From Candidatus Caldarchaeum sp. (lineage in GTDB: Archaea; Thermoproteota; Nitrososphaeria_A; Caldarchaeales; Caldarchaeaceae), in contig JAWBKB010000006.1 of assembly GCA_038831915.1 (NCBI GenBank), positions 1 through 64,000 of the forward strand: a stretch of DNA of 64,000 nucleotides, read 5' to 3'. The position numbers were made by a program, and so were the translations under genes. The notes beneath the pieces are model-generated. The model had not been told where the DNA came from. It worked only from the letters and a program-made list of their open reading frames with translations, and did not search any database. This document shows, piece after piece, positions 30,328 through 38,668 of the stretch. Numbering within the stretch: the stretch's first letter is position 1; each line of letters opens with the position of its first letter.

Positions 30328-30731
30328 ACTTCTCCAAACTCTTTTTCTCGAATTTCGGAATGCACCAGCCTGTAGCGTGCCAAGTTGCCTGCCCCCGACC
30401 TTTCAAGAACTCCTCTTTCAGAAAGCCGTGCCAAATACGTTGACGCGGTGCTGAGCGGTATAGATTCCCGGTGTTCGAACTGGTAAGCTTCGACGACATC
30501 CCTCGAAGTGAAGAAGGTATAGGGAAAATGTTTCTCGATTATTTCCATTACTTTGGCCAGTTTGCTGCCTCGAGTGTTATCAGCAGGCTCCGAAACGCCG
30601 CCGACCAGTTCGAGAAAATCTGCGAGCTGATAAAGCTTGTCACGGCTCAAATTCCCCTCAAACACGATTGATATTTTGTCCCCTTCACCGGTCTCCATCT
30701 CGAACCTGACCTTCTTTCTTCGCGGCGTCAA
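30324..30731 (-). CDS. Winged-helix DNA-binding protein divergent from PCNA
   Basis: FTSRDV...LSTASTYLARLSERGVLER...YRL wHTH pattern. Confidence 0.72.
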   Translation of the reverse strand: MTPRRKKVRFEMETGEGDKISIVFEGNLSRDKLYQLADFLELVGGVSEPADNTRGSKLAKVMEIIEKHFPYTFFTSRDVVEAYQFEHRESIPLSTASTYLARLSERGVLERSGAGNLARYRLVHSEIREKEFGEV

Positions 30732-30872
30732 TCGCTACGAAGCGAGGGCCATGACCGCTTTTTTATAACTCTTGGATGGCCAAACAACCGCGAATACTTC
30801 ACCTTGACTTACAATAATAGCACCAGCGTCATACCATACAGAAATATATTCCTGTTAGTTGACAGATACGAC

Positions 30873-31643
30873 ATGAGCGAAACATCGCCGTCTTTCAGAA
30901 TGAAGCTTCCGTCCGCGGACTATTTTGCGTCGTTGGTCAAAGCCATATCATCGGTTGTCGACGAAGGGTCATTTACAGCCGACTCCGACTCCATCAAATT
31001 AACTGGAATGGACCCCGCTCACGTAAGTATGGTAAACTTCGTGATGAGCAAAGAAGCGGCAGAGGAATATGTGTGTCAAAATCCAGTCGAGATAAAAGTG
31101 AACGTTTCGGAGCTGCTCAAATTCCTGAAAAGGGCTGGAAACGAATCACTTTCCATCGAATATGACGACGAAAAGAAGAAACTAAAACTGGTCTTTACGA
31201 ACACCGCGGCCCGAAAAGAAAGAACATTTGTTCTAAGCACGCTGGAGACCGGAACAGGGCCTACGCCTGTGCCGAAGCTAAGCTTCGAGGCGAAATGCAG
31301 GGTTGACACTGGGGCTTTCGCCGAAGCCGTTGATGACGCATCGCTCGTCAGCGATTATGCAAGGATAACCATTTCGCCGACTGAGTTGATCGTCTCGAGC
31401 AAAAGCGATGTTCAAACGCATCGCTCACGATTCGAGAAAGATGGAACAATCATACACGAAATAAAAGCGGACAAGGAGGTTTCAGCAAGCTTCAGCCTGA
31501 CTTATCTGGAGAAGATCGTGTCCTCGAGCAAATCATTATCCGATGAAACTGAAATCGAACTTTCAAACAACAAGCCGATAAAGCTTTCCTTTCCCATAAC
31601 CGGTGGAAAAATAGAGTTCCTAATAGCGCCACGGCTCGAATAA
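30873..31643 (+). CDS. pcn: DNA polymerase sliding clamp PCNA
   Basis: MDPAHVSMV, FSLTYL, PIKLSF, FLIAPR. Start at ATG 30873. Confidence 0.95.
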   Translation: MSETSPSFRMKLPSADYFASLVKAISSVVDEGSFTADSDSIKLTGMDPAHVSMVNFVMSKEAAEEYVCQNPVEIKVNVSELLKFLKRAGNESLSIEYDDEKKKLKLVFTNTAARKERTFVLSTLETGTGPTPVPKLSFEAKCRVDTGAFAEAVDDASLVSDYARITISPTELIVSSKSDVQTHRSRFEKDGTIIHEIKADKEVSASFSLTYLEKIVSSSKSLSDETEIELSNNKPIKLSFPITGGKIEFLIAPRLE

Positions 31644-31678
31644 ACATCATATATACCCTCACACGCTATATTGGATGC

Positions 31679-31772
31679 GGGGCCGTAGTTCAGCTTGGTT
31701 AGAAAGAAACCTTTTTCCTAACGTCCGCGGCTCGGGCCCGCGTGGTCCCCGGTTCAAATCCGGGCGGCCCCA
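31679..31772 (+). tRNA. tRNA-Pro (CGG) with a 19-nt intron at about position 24/25 (31705-31723)
   Basis: Acceptor GGGGCCG/CGGCCCC, anticodon arm CGCGG-CT-CGG-GC-CCGCG, T arm GGTTCAAATCC. BHB GG-TTAG-AA^A-GAAA..TTTC-CTAA-CG^T-CC gives a 75-nt mature tRNA. Confidence 0.92.
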
Positions 31773-32764
31773 AATCCTTTAACGACGTACTTTTCTGCGT
31801 AAAGCTCTCGTGCATAATCCGCAGGGTTTACTGGCGTGTTTGTTTGCGCCGAATCAAGAATGCATTCCGCGATGAGTGTGGCTCGAAACCCATCATAGGC
31901 GTTCACAATTGGTTCCGTCTTCTTCTCGACACAGTCAACGAAATGCATCAACTCGTTTTTCAAGGGCTCGACATACTTCAAGTTAGGGATGACTACTTGG
32001 TCGGCTTTCTCCAAAATAACCTCCTGCTCTATGAACCGAACCGACACAACGCCATTCTCACCTGTGATGTGCATTTCACGTTTCTTGCGAGGTGTGAGCC
32101 AGTTGGCTTCGAGCAACGCACTTCTGCCTTTGCCGTAAGAGAGAAAAATCTGGGCATGGTCTTCGTAGCTGTGGCGAAGCCTGCCACACATCGCGTAAAT
32201 TCTTTCAGGCATCGATTGGAAAATCCACGTCACCAAATCGATATCATGAATTGCGGTATCCTTGACTACGCCTGTGTCGCCTATTCTTTCAGGCCATGAA
32301 CCTATTCTCCGTCCATAAAACAGCAAAACATCGCCAACTTCTCCGGTGTCTATCAAGTTTTTGGCAAACTGCACGGCCGGGTTAAACCTTTCGATGAATC
32401 CAACCATGACACGGCGTTTCATTTCATCTTTTTTCTCGATTATGTGAACCGCTTCCTCAATAGTGGACGCCATGGGCTTCTCGATTAACACGTCGCATCC
32501 TGCATTTAATGCTCGAAGTGCTAATGTGACGTGTGTTGTCGAGGGTGTGCAGATGGTCAACGCGTCAGGCTCGGTTTTTTCCAACAGTTCATCAAGGTAA
32601 GAGAAATATTTCGAAACCCCAAACCTTTTCGCCGCACGTGCCGCCCGTGAAACGTCGGTGTCGCAGACTCCCACAAGCTCTACGTTCGGGATTTCGCTAA
32701 GCACTCGTAAATGGTTCAAACCCCAAAAACCGGCACCAACGACAGCCATCCTAACCACAACCAC
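31754..32764 (-). CDS. Gfo/Idh/MocA oxidoreductase (WbpB-like sugar 3-dehydrogenase)
   Basis: VVGAGFWG..H, ICTP...H, LIEKPM, VGFIERFNP, DTAIHDID, ANWLTP.K.R. Start at GTG 32764 is approximate. Confidence 0.88.
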   Translation of the reverse strand: MVVVRMAVVGAGFWGLNHLRVLSEIPNVELVGVCDTDVSRAARAAKRFGVSKYFSYLDELLEKTEPDALTICTPSTTHVTLALRALNAGCDVLIEKPMASTIEEAVHIIEKKDEMKRRVMVGFIERFNPAVQFAKNLIDTGEVGDVLLFYGRRIGSWPERIGDTGVVKDTAIHDIDLVTWIFQSMPERIYAMCGRLRHSYEDHAQIFLSYGKGRSALLEANWLTPRKKREMHITGENGVVSVRFIEQEVILEKADQVVIPNLKYVEPLKNELMHFVDCVEKKTEPIVNAYDGFRATLIAECILDSAQTNTPVNPADYARELYAEKYVVKGFGAARI

Positions 32765-32769
32765 ATCCC

Positions 32770-33816
32770 TCACACACAAGGCACAAACCAAACACGTTCA
32801 AAGCGAACAGATATCTCGCGAAAAAGATCTAAGCGAAGCGAGTTAACCAAAACTCCTTGGAACCCTTTGAGTGAATCCAACGTTTCAACCGACACATCGT
32901 TTTCATTTACATACTGAATTTTGACGTTTTTACCTTTGATATTGTTGGTTAGCCTGCGGTAGTTCTGCTCCGACGTCCCGATGAAAAGAATTCTCAGCTG
33001 CCTGCGGGCTCTCTTTGCCATTTCGGAGATTTCAGCCGCAGCTAGTCTTTCACTTTTCAGTGCTGTTCTTTTTAGCCTGGTCAGTAGTTTATCCACCATC
33101 GGTGCGATGCTTCGCACGTGATAATATTTTAGCGCATCCAAAGTCTCGGGATAAATCAGCGTGTCTCCGGCTACACATTTTGTGATGAGCTGCTGATGGT
33201 GATGATAGGTTGCCATTTCCACCATTACTTCCGCGTAAGCGGCTTGTGAAAATAGCTGCGAAAGGGTCGCTATTTCGGCGGTCTCAACATCGTCGAAGAA
33301 AACACCGGTAAGCTTGCTTACCGCCTCCGATATTTTACCGCCGGCTTTCCACGCAGGAACGCATGACTGAAAAACCGACGGGCCTCCGATGTATTGCTGA
33401 ATCTCCGGTGAAATTTCTGAACGTTTGTTGAAGGTCGCCAGTATGTTTGCAGCTTCCCCTACTTTCGTCATCCCCGCAACAGTCAACGCCCGAGCTTCAG
33501 CTACGATTTCGCCCACGAGCTTTGCAAGGTTTTCCGCAGAACGATATTCATCCTTCCCGTCTTTGAAAGTGTTTACATGCAGCCAAATTTCCTCAACGAA
33601 TTCCTCTGGCTTTGAAACGACTCGAAACAGCTGCGATGTGTGAAGTTTGATGAACTCTGTTTTACTGACAAACCTGTGAAGATGCGGATGATAGTTGGAC
33701 GCTCGTGTTTCAGTGTAGGGGTTATGAGTGTAAAATAAAACCTTGATACCGTTTTTCGCGAGCTTTACCGCGGCCGGTATGCCGGTTTCATCCGTTGCCG
33801 CAAACAAAACTGTCAT
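32770..33816 (-). CDS. Hypothetical protein, probable degenerate UDP-glucose/GDP-mannose dehydrogenase homologue
   Basis: GIPAAVKLAKNGIKV and DVETAEIATL echo the family N-terminal and central motifs. No GxGxxG and no GGxC catalytic motif. Confidence 0.5.
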   Translation of the reverse strand: MTVLFAATDETGIPAAVKLAKNGIKVLFYTHNPYTETRASNYHPHLHRFVSKTEFIKLHTSQLFRVVSKPEEFVEEIWLHVNTFKDGKDEYRSAENLAKLVGEIVAEARALTVAGMTKVGEAANILATFNKRSEISPEIQQYIGGPSVFQSCVPAWKAGGKISEAVSKLTGVFFDDVETAEIATLSQLFSQAAYAEVMVEMATYHHHQQLITKCVAGDTLIYPETLDALKYYHVRSIAPMVDKLLTRLKRTALKSERLAAAEISEMAKRARRQLRILFIGTSEQNYRRLTNNIKGKNVKIQYVNENDVSVETLDSLKGFQGVLVNSLRLDLFREISVRFERVWFVPCV

Positions 33817-33818
33817 TC

Positions 33819-34055
33819 TTACTCCCTTCTGAGTAAAACTTTGTACAGCCAGAAATCTGCAATCTTATGCCAGAAAACCACCCATACCACGAAAACCCCA
33901 ATCCCCACGATTGTCCTCGCCATCGAGAGGAAAACGTTTCGGTCACTACCTTCCAAAACAGGAAGTATCACTATGCCCACTATGGATGAAGCCGCTAGAA
34001 ACATCAACCATACAATCGTTAGGAGCAAGACCAGGTAAATTAGATTTCTTTTCAT
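33819..34055 (-). CDS. Small 2-TM membrane protein
   Basis: Two hydrophobic helices; tightly packed in the operon. Confidence 0.7.
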   Translation of the reverse strand: MKRNLIYLVLLLTIVWLMFLAASSIVGIVILPVLEGSDRNVFLSMARTIVGIGVFVVWVVFWHKIADFWLYKVLLRRE

Positions 34056-34065
34056 CTTTCAACAC

Positions 34066-35043
34066 CTACATCAACAGGAAATAGGTCAGCAACGCTAGGA
34101 AAGACGAATACAGCGAAAGAAAGGCGAGGCCGTTCACCGCCTGCTTTTCCGTGAGTCGTGAACCAGCGGTGAGCATTCGCAGCAGTGTAACGGCCGCTCT
34201 TCTATCTGGATTAGCCTCTATGTAAGAGCCGTTCAAGACGGTAGGTCTGACAGCAGTGTTTTTACCGCTTTTAAGTCCACGCATCGAGTAAATTATGTGG
34301 AATTCGTTCATGATTTGCGGCATAAGCGCGACTATGGCCACGACCTCCATCCGTCCCACTATGGCGATGTAAGTGATGACCGCTCCTATGTAGAGGCTTC
34401 CAACGTTTCCCGCAAAAGTTTTAGCGGGATAGTAGTTTTTCGTCAGAAACACAGATAACGAAACCATCGTGGCTAGGGACAGTATGAAGACTTCCGTCTT
34501 ACCTTCAACCAGTGACACAACAGCGAGAGGCAGGAGAGCGAATAAACTGGTGAGGGCCATGGAGCCGTTAAGGACGTCGATGCTGTTCACCGCGTTACAA
34601 ACCACAGCGAACCCCACCAGTATGAGAAAAGGATACACTATGGTTAGTCTCGTGGTTCCGATGAAGGGGAGCTCAGGGTTGGGCGAATATGTTCCAGCGA
34701 CCAGAAAAGGTATCCCAGCTAAAGAGATTAGTAATGGCTTCAAGATCGGATTGATCTCGCGGAAATCTTCGAAAAGCCCTATCGCCAGAGCCGTGAAAGT
34801 TGTCGCGAAGAGGGTGAAAATCGGCGAAGTCCCTGTGAGAAGCCAGTAAACAATCATGGCTGATGATATTCCCGCTGCTAAAGCGAGTCCACCCAGCTTA
34901 GGAACCTCATATGGCTTTGGTTTATGAACATCCAGCCCAACAGCTCCGGCTCGGCGTGAAAACCATATGCTGGCCGGAATTGTGAAAAAAGTCGCTGCCG
35001 CCGAGACTACACATATGACGATGACAGCGAAAACATCGACCAT
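34066..35043 (-). CDS. UDP-GlcNAc:polyprenyl-phosphate GlcNAc-1-phosphate transferase (GPT/AglH/MraY family)
   Basis: G.DVHKP...VPKLGG, GLFED, NAVNSIDVLNG, NYYPAKTFAGNVG; about 10 TM helices. Confidence 0.9.
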   Translation of the reverse strand: MVDVFAVIVICVVSAAATFFTIPASIWFSRRAGAVGLDVHKPKPYEVPKLGGLALAAGISSAMIVYWLLTGTSPIFTLFATTFTALAIGLFEDFREINPILKPLLISLAGIPFLVAGTYSPNPELPFIGTTRLTIVYPFLILVGFAVVCNAVNSIDVLNGSMALTSLFALLPLAVVSLVEGKTEVFILSLATMVSLSVFLTKNYYPAKTFAGNVGSLYIGAVITYIAIVGRMEVVAIVALMPQIMNEFHIIYSMRGLKSGKNTAVRPTVLNGSYIEANPDRRAAVTLLRMLTAGSRLTEKQAVNGLAFLSLYSSFLALLTYFLLM

Positions 35044-35137
35044 AACCAGTCACGATTCATTTCACGGTATTAGTTTTTCCTGATTTAGAGAATTAAATAT
35101 CCGCGACAAAGGCTTGTTTTACCAGGTGGAAGAAGTT

Positions 35138-36202
35138 TTGGCGACGATTTGGCTGGACATTCTAACGCCTAAACAGTTTTGGTATTTTGGAAAAGTTGGG
35201 GAATCACTCAGAGCCCGTGGCCATCGAATCATATATACTTCCCGTAACTACGAGCAAGTGCAGCCTTTCTTCGAAATGATGAAGAACGAAAAATTTTTTG
35301 TTGTGGGAGAGTTCGGGGGAGCTGACCTTCGTCAAAAACTGGTGAAAAGCGTTGAAAGAACCGCGGCTCTTTTAGAATTGATGGATGATTTTGACTGCGC
35401 TGTTTCAAGCGGCTCGCCTGAAGCGGCGAGAATCGCTTATGGTCTCGCGGTTCCCCATGTTTTGGCGTCGGACACGCCGGAGTCACCGGTCAACAAGCTC
35501 GCGGCCCCGCTTTCGAAAAAAGTAGTCACGCCTTGGATTCTGGGCCATTCGGCTTGGCGGGTGCACGGGGTGAAGATGAGAGACGTTGTTATCTATAAGG
35601 CACTTGACCCAGTTGCTTGGCTGAAGGACTTCAAACCTGATGTCAAGTTTCTCCGTCAACACGGCCTGAACGAAAACAATTATGTCCTGATTAGGTCACC
35701 CGAATACAAAGCAGCTTATCTCAGAGATTCATGTTGGAATACTCAAAAGTTCGCCGAATTCGTCGTGAAATTTGTCGAGAAAACAAAGGAGAAAGCTGTA
35801 GTTCTTCCTCGGTATTGGGATGAAGTAGTTTTATTGAAAAAATCAATCGGTAAAGTGGCCTATGTATTAGAGAGACCTGTGACAGACCTCAGCCTGCTTT
35901 ACTATTCGAAGCTGTTCATTGGAGGCGGCGGCACGATGACACAGGAAGCCGCGCTTTTGGGCATTCCGACAATTTCGATTTATCCCGGCAAACCTCCCAA
36001 AGTCATCCGCTACCTAATGATGAAGAAACTCGTTCAGCATGCCAAAAGCCTCGAATCGTTGACGTATAACGCTAAAGCAATTGTGAAACAAGCCAGTAAA
36101 ACACATGAAAAACATCATTCTAAAGCTGAGAAACTGATTAAAGTCATGGAAAATCCGGCCGAAAAAGTGGCCGCGACTGTCGACGCTATTGTCATTGGCT
36201 AG
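35138..36202 (+). CDS. DUF354 family GT-B fold protein
   Basis: IWLDILTPKQ, SSGSPEAARIAYGL, IGGGGTMTQEAALLGIPTIS. Start set at TTG 35138. Confidence 0.85.
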   Translation: MATIWLDILTPKQFWYFGKVGESLRARGHRIIYTSRNYEQVQPFFEMMKNEKFFVVGEFGGADLRQKLVKSVERTAALLELMDDFDCAVSSGSPEAARIAYGLAVPHVLASDTPESPVNKLAAPLSKKVVTPWILGHSAWRVHGVKMRDVVIYKALDPVAWLKDFKPDVKFLRQHGLNENNYVLIRSPEYKAAYLRDSCWNTQKFAEFVVKFVEKTKEKAVVLPRYWDEVVLLKKSIGKVAYVLERPVTDLSLLYYSKLFIGGGGTMTQEAALLGIPTISIYPGKPPKVIRYLMMKKLVQHAKSLESLTYNAKAIVKQASKTHEKHHSKAEKLIKVMENPAEKVAATVDAIVIG

Positions 36203-37739
36203 CTTCTGACAAAACGGTCGTTGCTCTGTCTAGCAGTTTTCTCACCTGTCTGCTGTAATCATGATAAAGCTTCGCGTAGACAGTTTTGGGAATTCTGTTT
36301 GAGCTGAAGTCCTCTACTAGACGGTTGAAGGCGTGGAGCGTAATTGAAAGCTCTTCGAACACATGTTCAAGGGATGAAAACGCTTTAACAGCTTCTGGAG
36401 ACTTCAATTCTTTCCGCAAATCACCGGCTGATGTCCTAATCGGTTTGATGAATTCCTCGACGTTTTTGACGATTTTCCTCGGCTTTTCATCCGGGCCATA
36501 TTTCTCGATTTCCGCAAGCAATTCTTCCGCAACCTGTTCCAGGGATTTTTGGAAATCTTTTAGCGCGGGAATTGTGACGGCTTTACGGGGAGCCGCGACC
36601 CTGACTCCAAGAAATATTCCAAGCAAAGCTATTCCTGCTAATAGTATAAGAGGAACTGGGAACGCAACAGTCTCCGCATAACTGATTGTAACTTTCTCTC
36701 TGTCGGATGGAAAAACGTCTCTAAAGAGGTAAGTGATTTCCCGACGGTTTCTTTCGACAACTCGAAGCTGCCACGGTTCACCGCTATATGAAAACTGCGA
36801 AACAGGAGGAGTAATCACCGAAAAGTAGTAACTCGATACCGATGCGTTTAAGAGATTTGGCGCAGTAACTTCAACACCAGCTCCTGTTCTCATGATGACT
36901 TCATCTGATGAGTAAACTATTTGCAGTAAGACTTTGTCGTTTTTTCTAAGGTTTTGGATAAAATTGACTGTGAGCACTCCTTTTTCAGCATTCCACGAAT
37001 TTCCAAGGTTAACTATACCTGATCGAACGCTCAACACTGAGGCTGTCTTACCGAGCTTAAAGTCTAGAGACGAAATGACGGCGTCACCTAGATTCTGCAG
37101 CAACAATTCAGCCGTAACTCTCTTCGTTTCAATGTCGACGGCAATTTTTTGTTCTTCGACTGTATATAGTAATAGGTCAGGTGCCTCGAAAAACACCGCC
37201 AGCGTTTTGAATTGCAGAGGCGGAACATCTGTGACTGTGCCTGAGGCGAAAGATTTGTCTGGTGAGATTGTCATATTGACACCGGAAACACTCGTTATCG
37301 AGGGGGTTCCGTCAATGGTAAGCCTAACATGTAGAACGTTGATTCCCGTTTCGGAGATAGGGTTCGCGGGGACCGCCAAGAGGAAAAGCCCCCGAGTTCC
37401 GGGAGCCAGCAAGTTTCGCCAAACCGTAACTATCGATACTTTTGAATCTGTCCAACGGTCGCGGGGAGATATTTCAAGCCAAACAATGTCCTCGGTAGAC
37501 CTTTGACGGATGATTCCCACTTCGTCAGCGATGTAGTAGCCGGCTAGATATTTTGCGAATTCAGCTGTGATGCCAAGCCGTAAAACTTCTCTTTCAGAAG
37601 TGACGGCTAGAGTATCAGTTATAAAGACAAGTCCTCCGTCGGCCACGTGGATTCTTCGTGAAGGCAGTTCGTCGCCGGCGACAACTCCGACCGAAGCAAC
37701 CGCAACCAAAACCAGCAGCAGGTAAACTGTTTTTTTCAC
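36192..37739 (-). CDS. Type I membrane protein with ribophorin-I-like architecture
   Basis: Signal peptide, about 330-aa beta-rich ectodomain, one TM helix (FPVPLILLAGIALLGIFLGV), helical cytosolic tail. Confidence 0.6.
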   Translation of the reverse strand: MKKTVYLLLVLVAVASVGVVAGDELPSRRIHVADGGLVFITDTLAVTSEREVLRLGITAEFAKYLAGYYIADEVGIIRQRSTEDIVWLEISPRDRWTDSKVSIVTVWRNLLAPGTRGLFLLAVPANPISETGINVLHVRLTIDGTPSITSVSGVNMTISPDKSFASGTVTDVPPLQFKTLAVFFEAPDLLLYTVEEQKIAVDIETKRVTAELLLQNLGDAVISSLDFKLGKTASVLSVRSGIVNLGNSWNAEKGVLTVNFIQNLRKNDKVLLQIVYSSDEVIMRTGAGVEVTAPNLLNASVSSYYFSVITPPVSQFSYSGEPWQLRVVERNRREITYLFRDVFPSDREKVTISYAETVAFPVPLILLAGIALLGIFLGVRVAAPRKAVTIPALKDFQKSLEQVAEELLAEIEKYGPDEKPRKIVKNVEEFIKPIRTSAGDLRKELKSPEAVKAFSSLEHVFEELSITLHAFNRLVEDFSSNRIPKTVYAKLYHDYSRQVRKLLDRATTVLSEASQ

Positions 37740-37819
37740 GACCGCTTCCTCCGATTAGAGAAACATCCATTATTAAAATCCAACCTCAGCCGAAGGACCA
37801 TACTGGATTTGGTTGCGGT

Positions 37820-37865
37820 TGGGACTTGAACCCTATCGGGCCCGGTGGGACTTGAACCCTATCGG
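37820..37865. repeat. 20-bp direct repeat TGGGACTTGAACCCTATCGG (37820-37839 and 37846-37865) at the tRNA-Arg 3' end
   Basis: Exact duplication read from the sequence; covers the intron-2 3' end and the T loop. Confidence 0.9.
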
Positions 37866-37958
37866 CACGAGGCGTTGGCCACCGTGCTCACGACCTACGG
37901 CTTAGGAGGCCGCCGTTGTAGGGATTTCTCCTCTCTATCCATGCTGAGCTACGGGCCC
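37837..37958 (-). tRNA. tRNA-Arg (CCT) with two non-canonical introns (24/25: 37916-37932; 51/52: 37859-37888)
   Basis: Removing the 17-nt and 30-nt inserts gives GGGCCCGTAGCTCAGCATGGATAGAGCGGCGGCCTCCTAAGCCGTAGGTCGTGGGTTCAAGTCCCACCGGGCCCG (75 nt). Both inserts are hairpins with BHB-like junctions. TATA box at 37981-37989. Confidence 0.92.
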
Positions 37959-38018
37959 GCATTCAACAATTCGTCAGCCATATATAACCATACTAACGCG
38001 CACTGAAGTTCCAAGAAT

Positions 38019-38095
38019 GCAGCGTAGCAAATTGTCTAGACATCTTCGTCTAAGCCCTTTCCACGGCCATTTTCTATGTTGAAACACTACGCTGC
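38019..38095. other. Candidate structured element (9-bp terminal inverted repeat enclosing three hairpins)
   Basis: GCAGCGTAG (38019-38027) and CTACGCTGC (38087-38095), with inner TAGAC/GTCTA, GCC/GGC and TTTC/GAAA stems. Confidence 0.35.
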
Positions 38096-38182
38096 TCATG
38101 TGTGACAATAGAATTCTATGGTCGTGGGTGTCTTCTTTGCACCAAAAACCCAAATAATTGATTTTGCTCTGTTTCCTTAGCA

Positions 38183-38668
38183 ATGTCCACCGATGATGTA
38201 GGAAACGTTTCGCAAAACACTTTAGACGAGAAGAAAGAGTTGATGGACAGACTTTCTTACGCCATGGCTGAGCTCGCGAACATGCGTAGAGTTTTCGACA
38301 TAGAAATAACACGTGCGAAGTCGGCTGCAGTTGAAAACGTTGTCAGGAAATTCATCACTTTCTACGAAGATTTTGAGAGAGTTGTTAAAAACATGGAAAA
38401 CGAAGACGTTTCTCCTACGTTGAAAGAGGCTTTGAAAATGCTTCTCAAAGAGTTGGAAAACCTGCTGGCCTCGGAAGGCGTGGAAAGGATGGACGTCGTT
38501 GGGAAGGAGTTTAACCCGTTCGACCATGAAGCGGTCGAATTTTATGAATCTGACGAAGTGAAATCCGAAACTATAGTTGAAATTGTTTCACACGGCTACC
38601 GATATCGTGACAAGGTGCTCAAACCGCCCAGAGTAAAAGTGGCAAGGCCGAAAAAGCCAGTGATATGA
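38183..38668 (+). CDS. grpE: Nucleotide exchange factor GrpE
   Basis: AELANMRR, G..FNPFDHEAV, GY.Y.DKVLKPPRVKVA; upstream of dnaK. Confidence 0.93.
   Translation: MSTDDVGNVSQNTLDEKKELMDRLSYAMAELANMRRVFDIEITRAKSAAVENVVRKFITFYEDFERVVKNMENEDVSPTLKEALKMLLKELENLLASEGVERMDVVGKEFNPFDHEAVEFYESDEVKSETIVEIVSHGYRYRDKVLKPPRVKVARPKKPVI

Noticed and set aside
31742-32299. 185-aa plus-strand ORF starting inside tRNA-Pro
   Set aside because: Antisense to the Gfo/Idh/MocA gene; its N-terminus is translated tRNA.
37820-37865. Repeat as a CRISPR array or a split-tRNA half
   Set aside because: Only two copies 6 bp apart, derived from the tRNA, with no cas genes and no complementary leader for trans-splicing.
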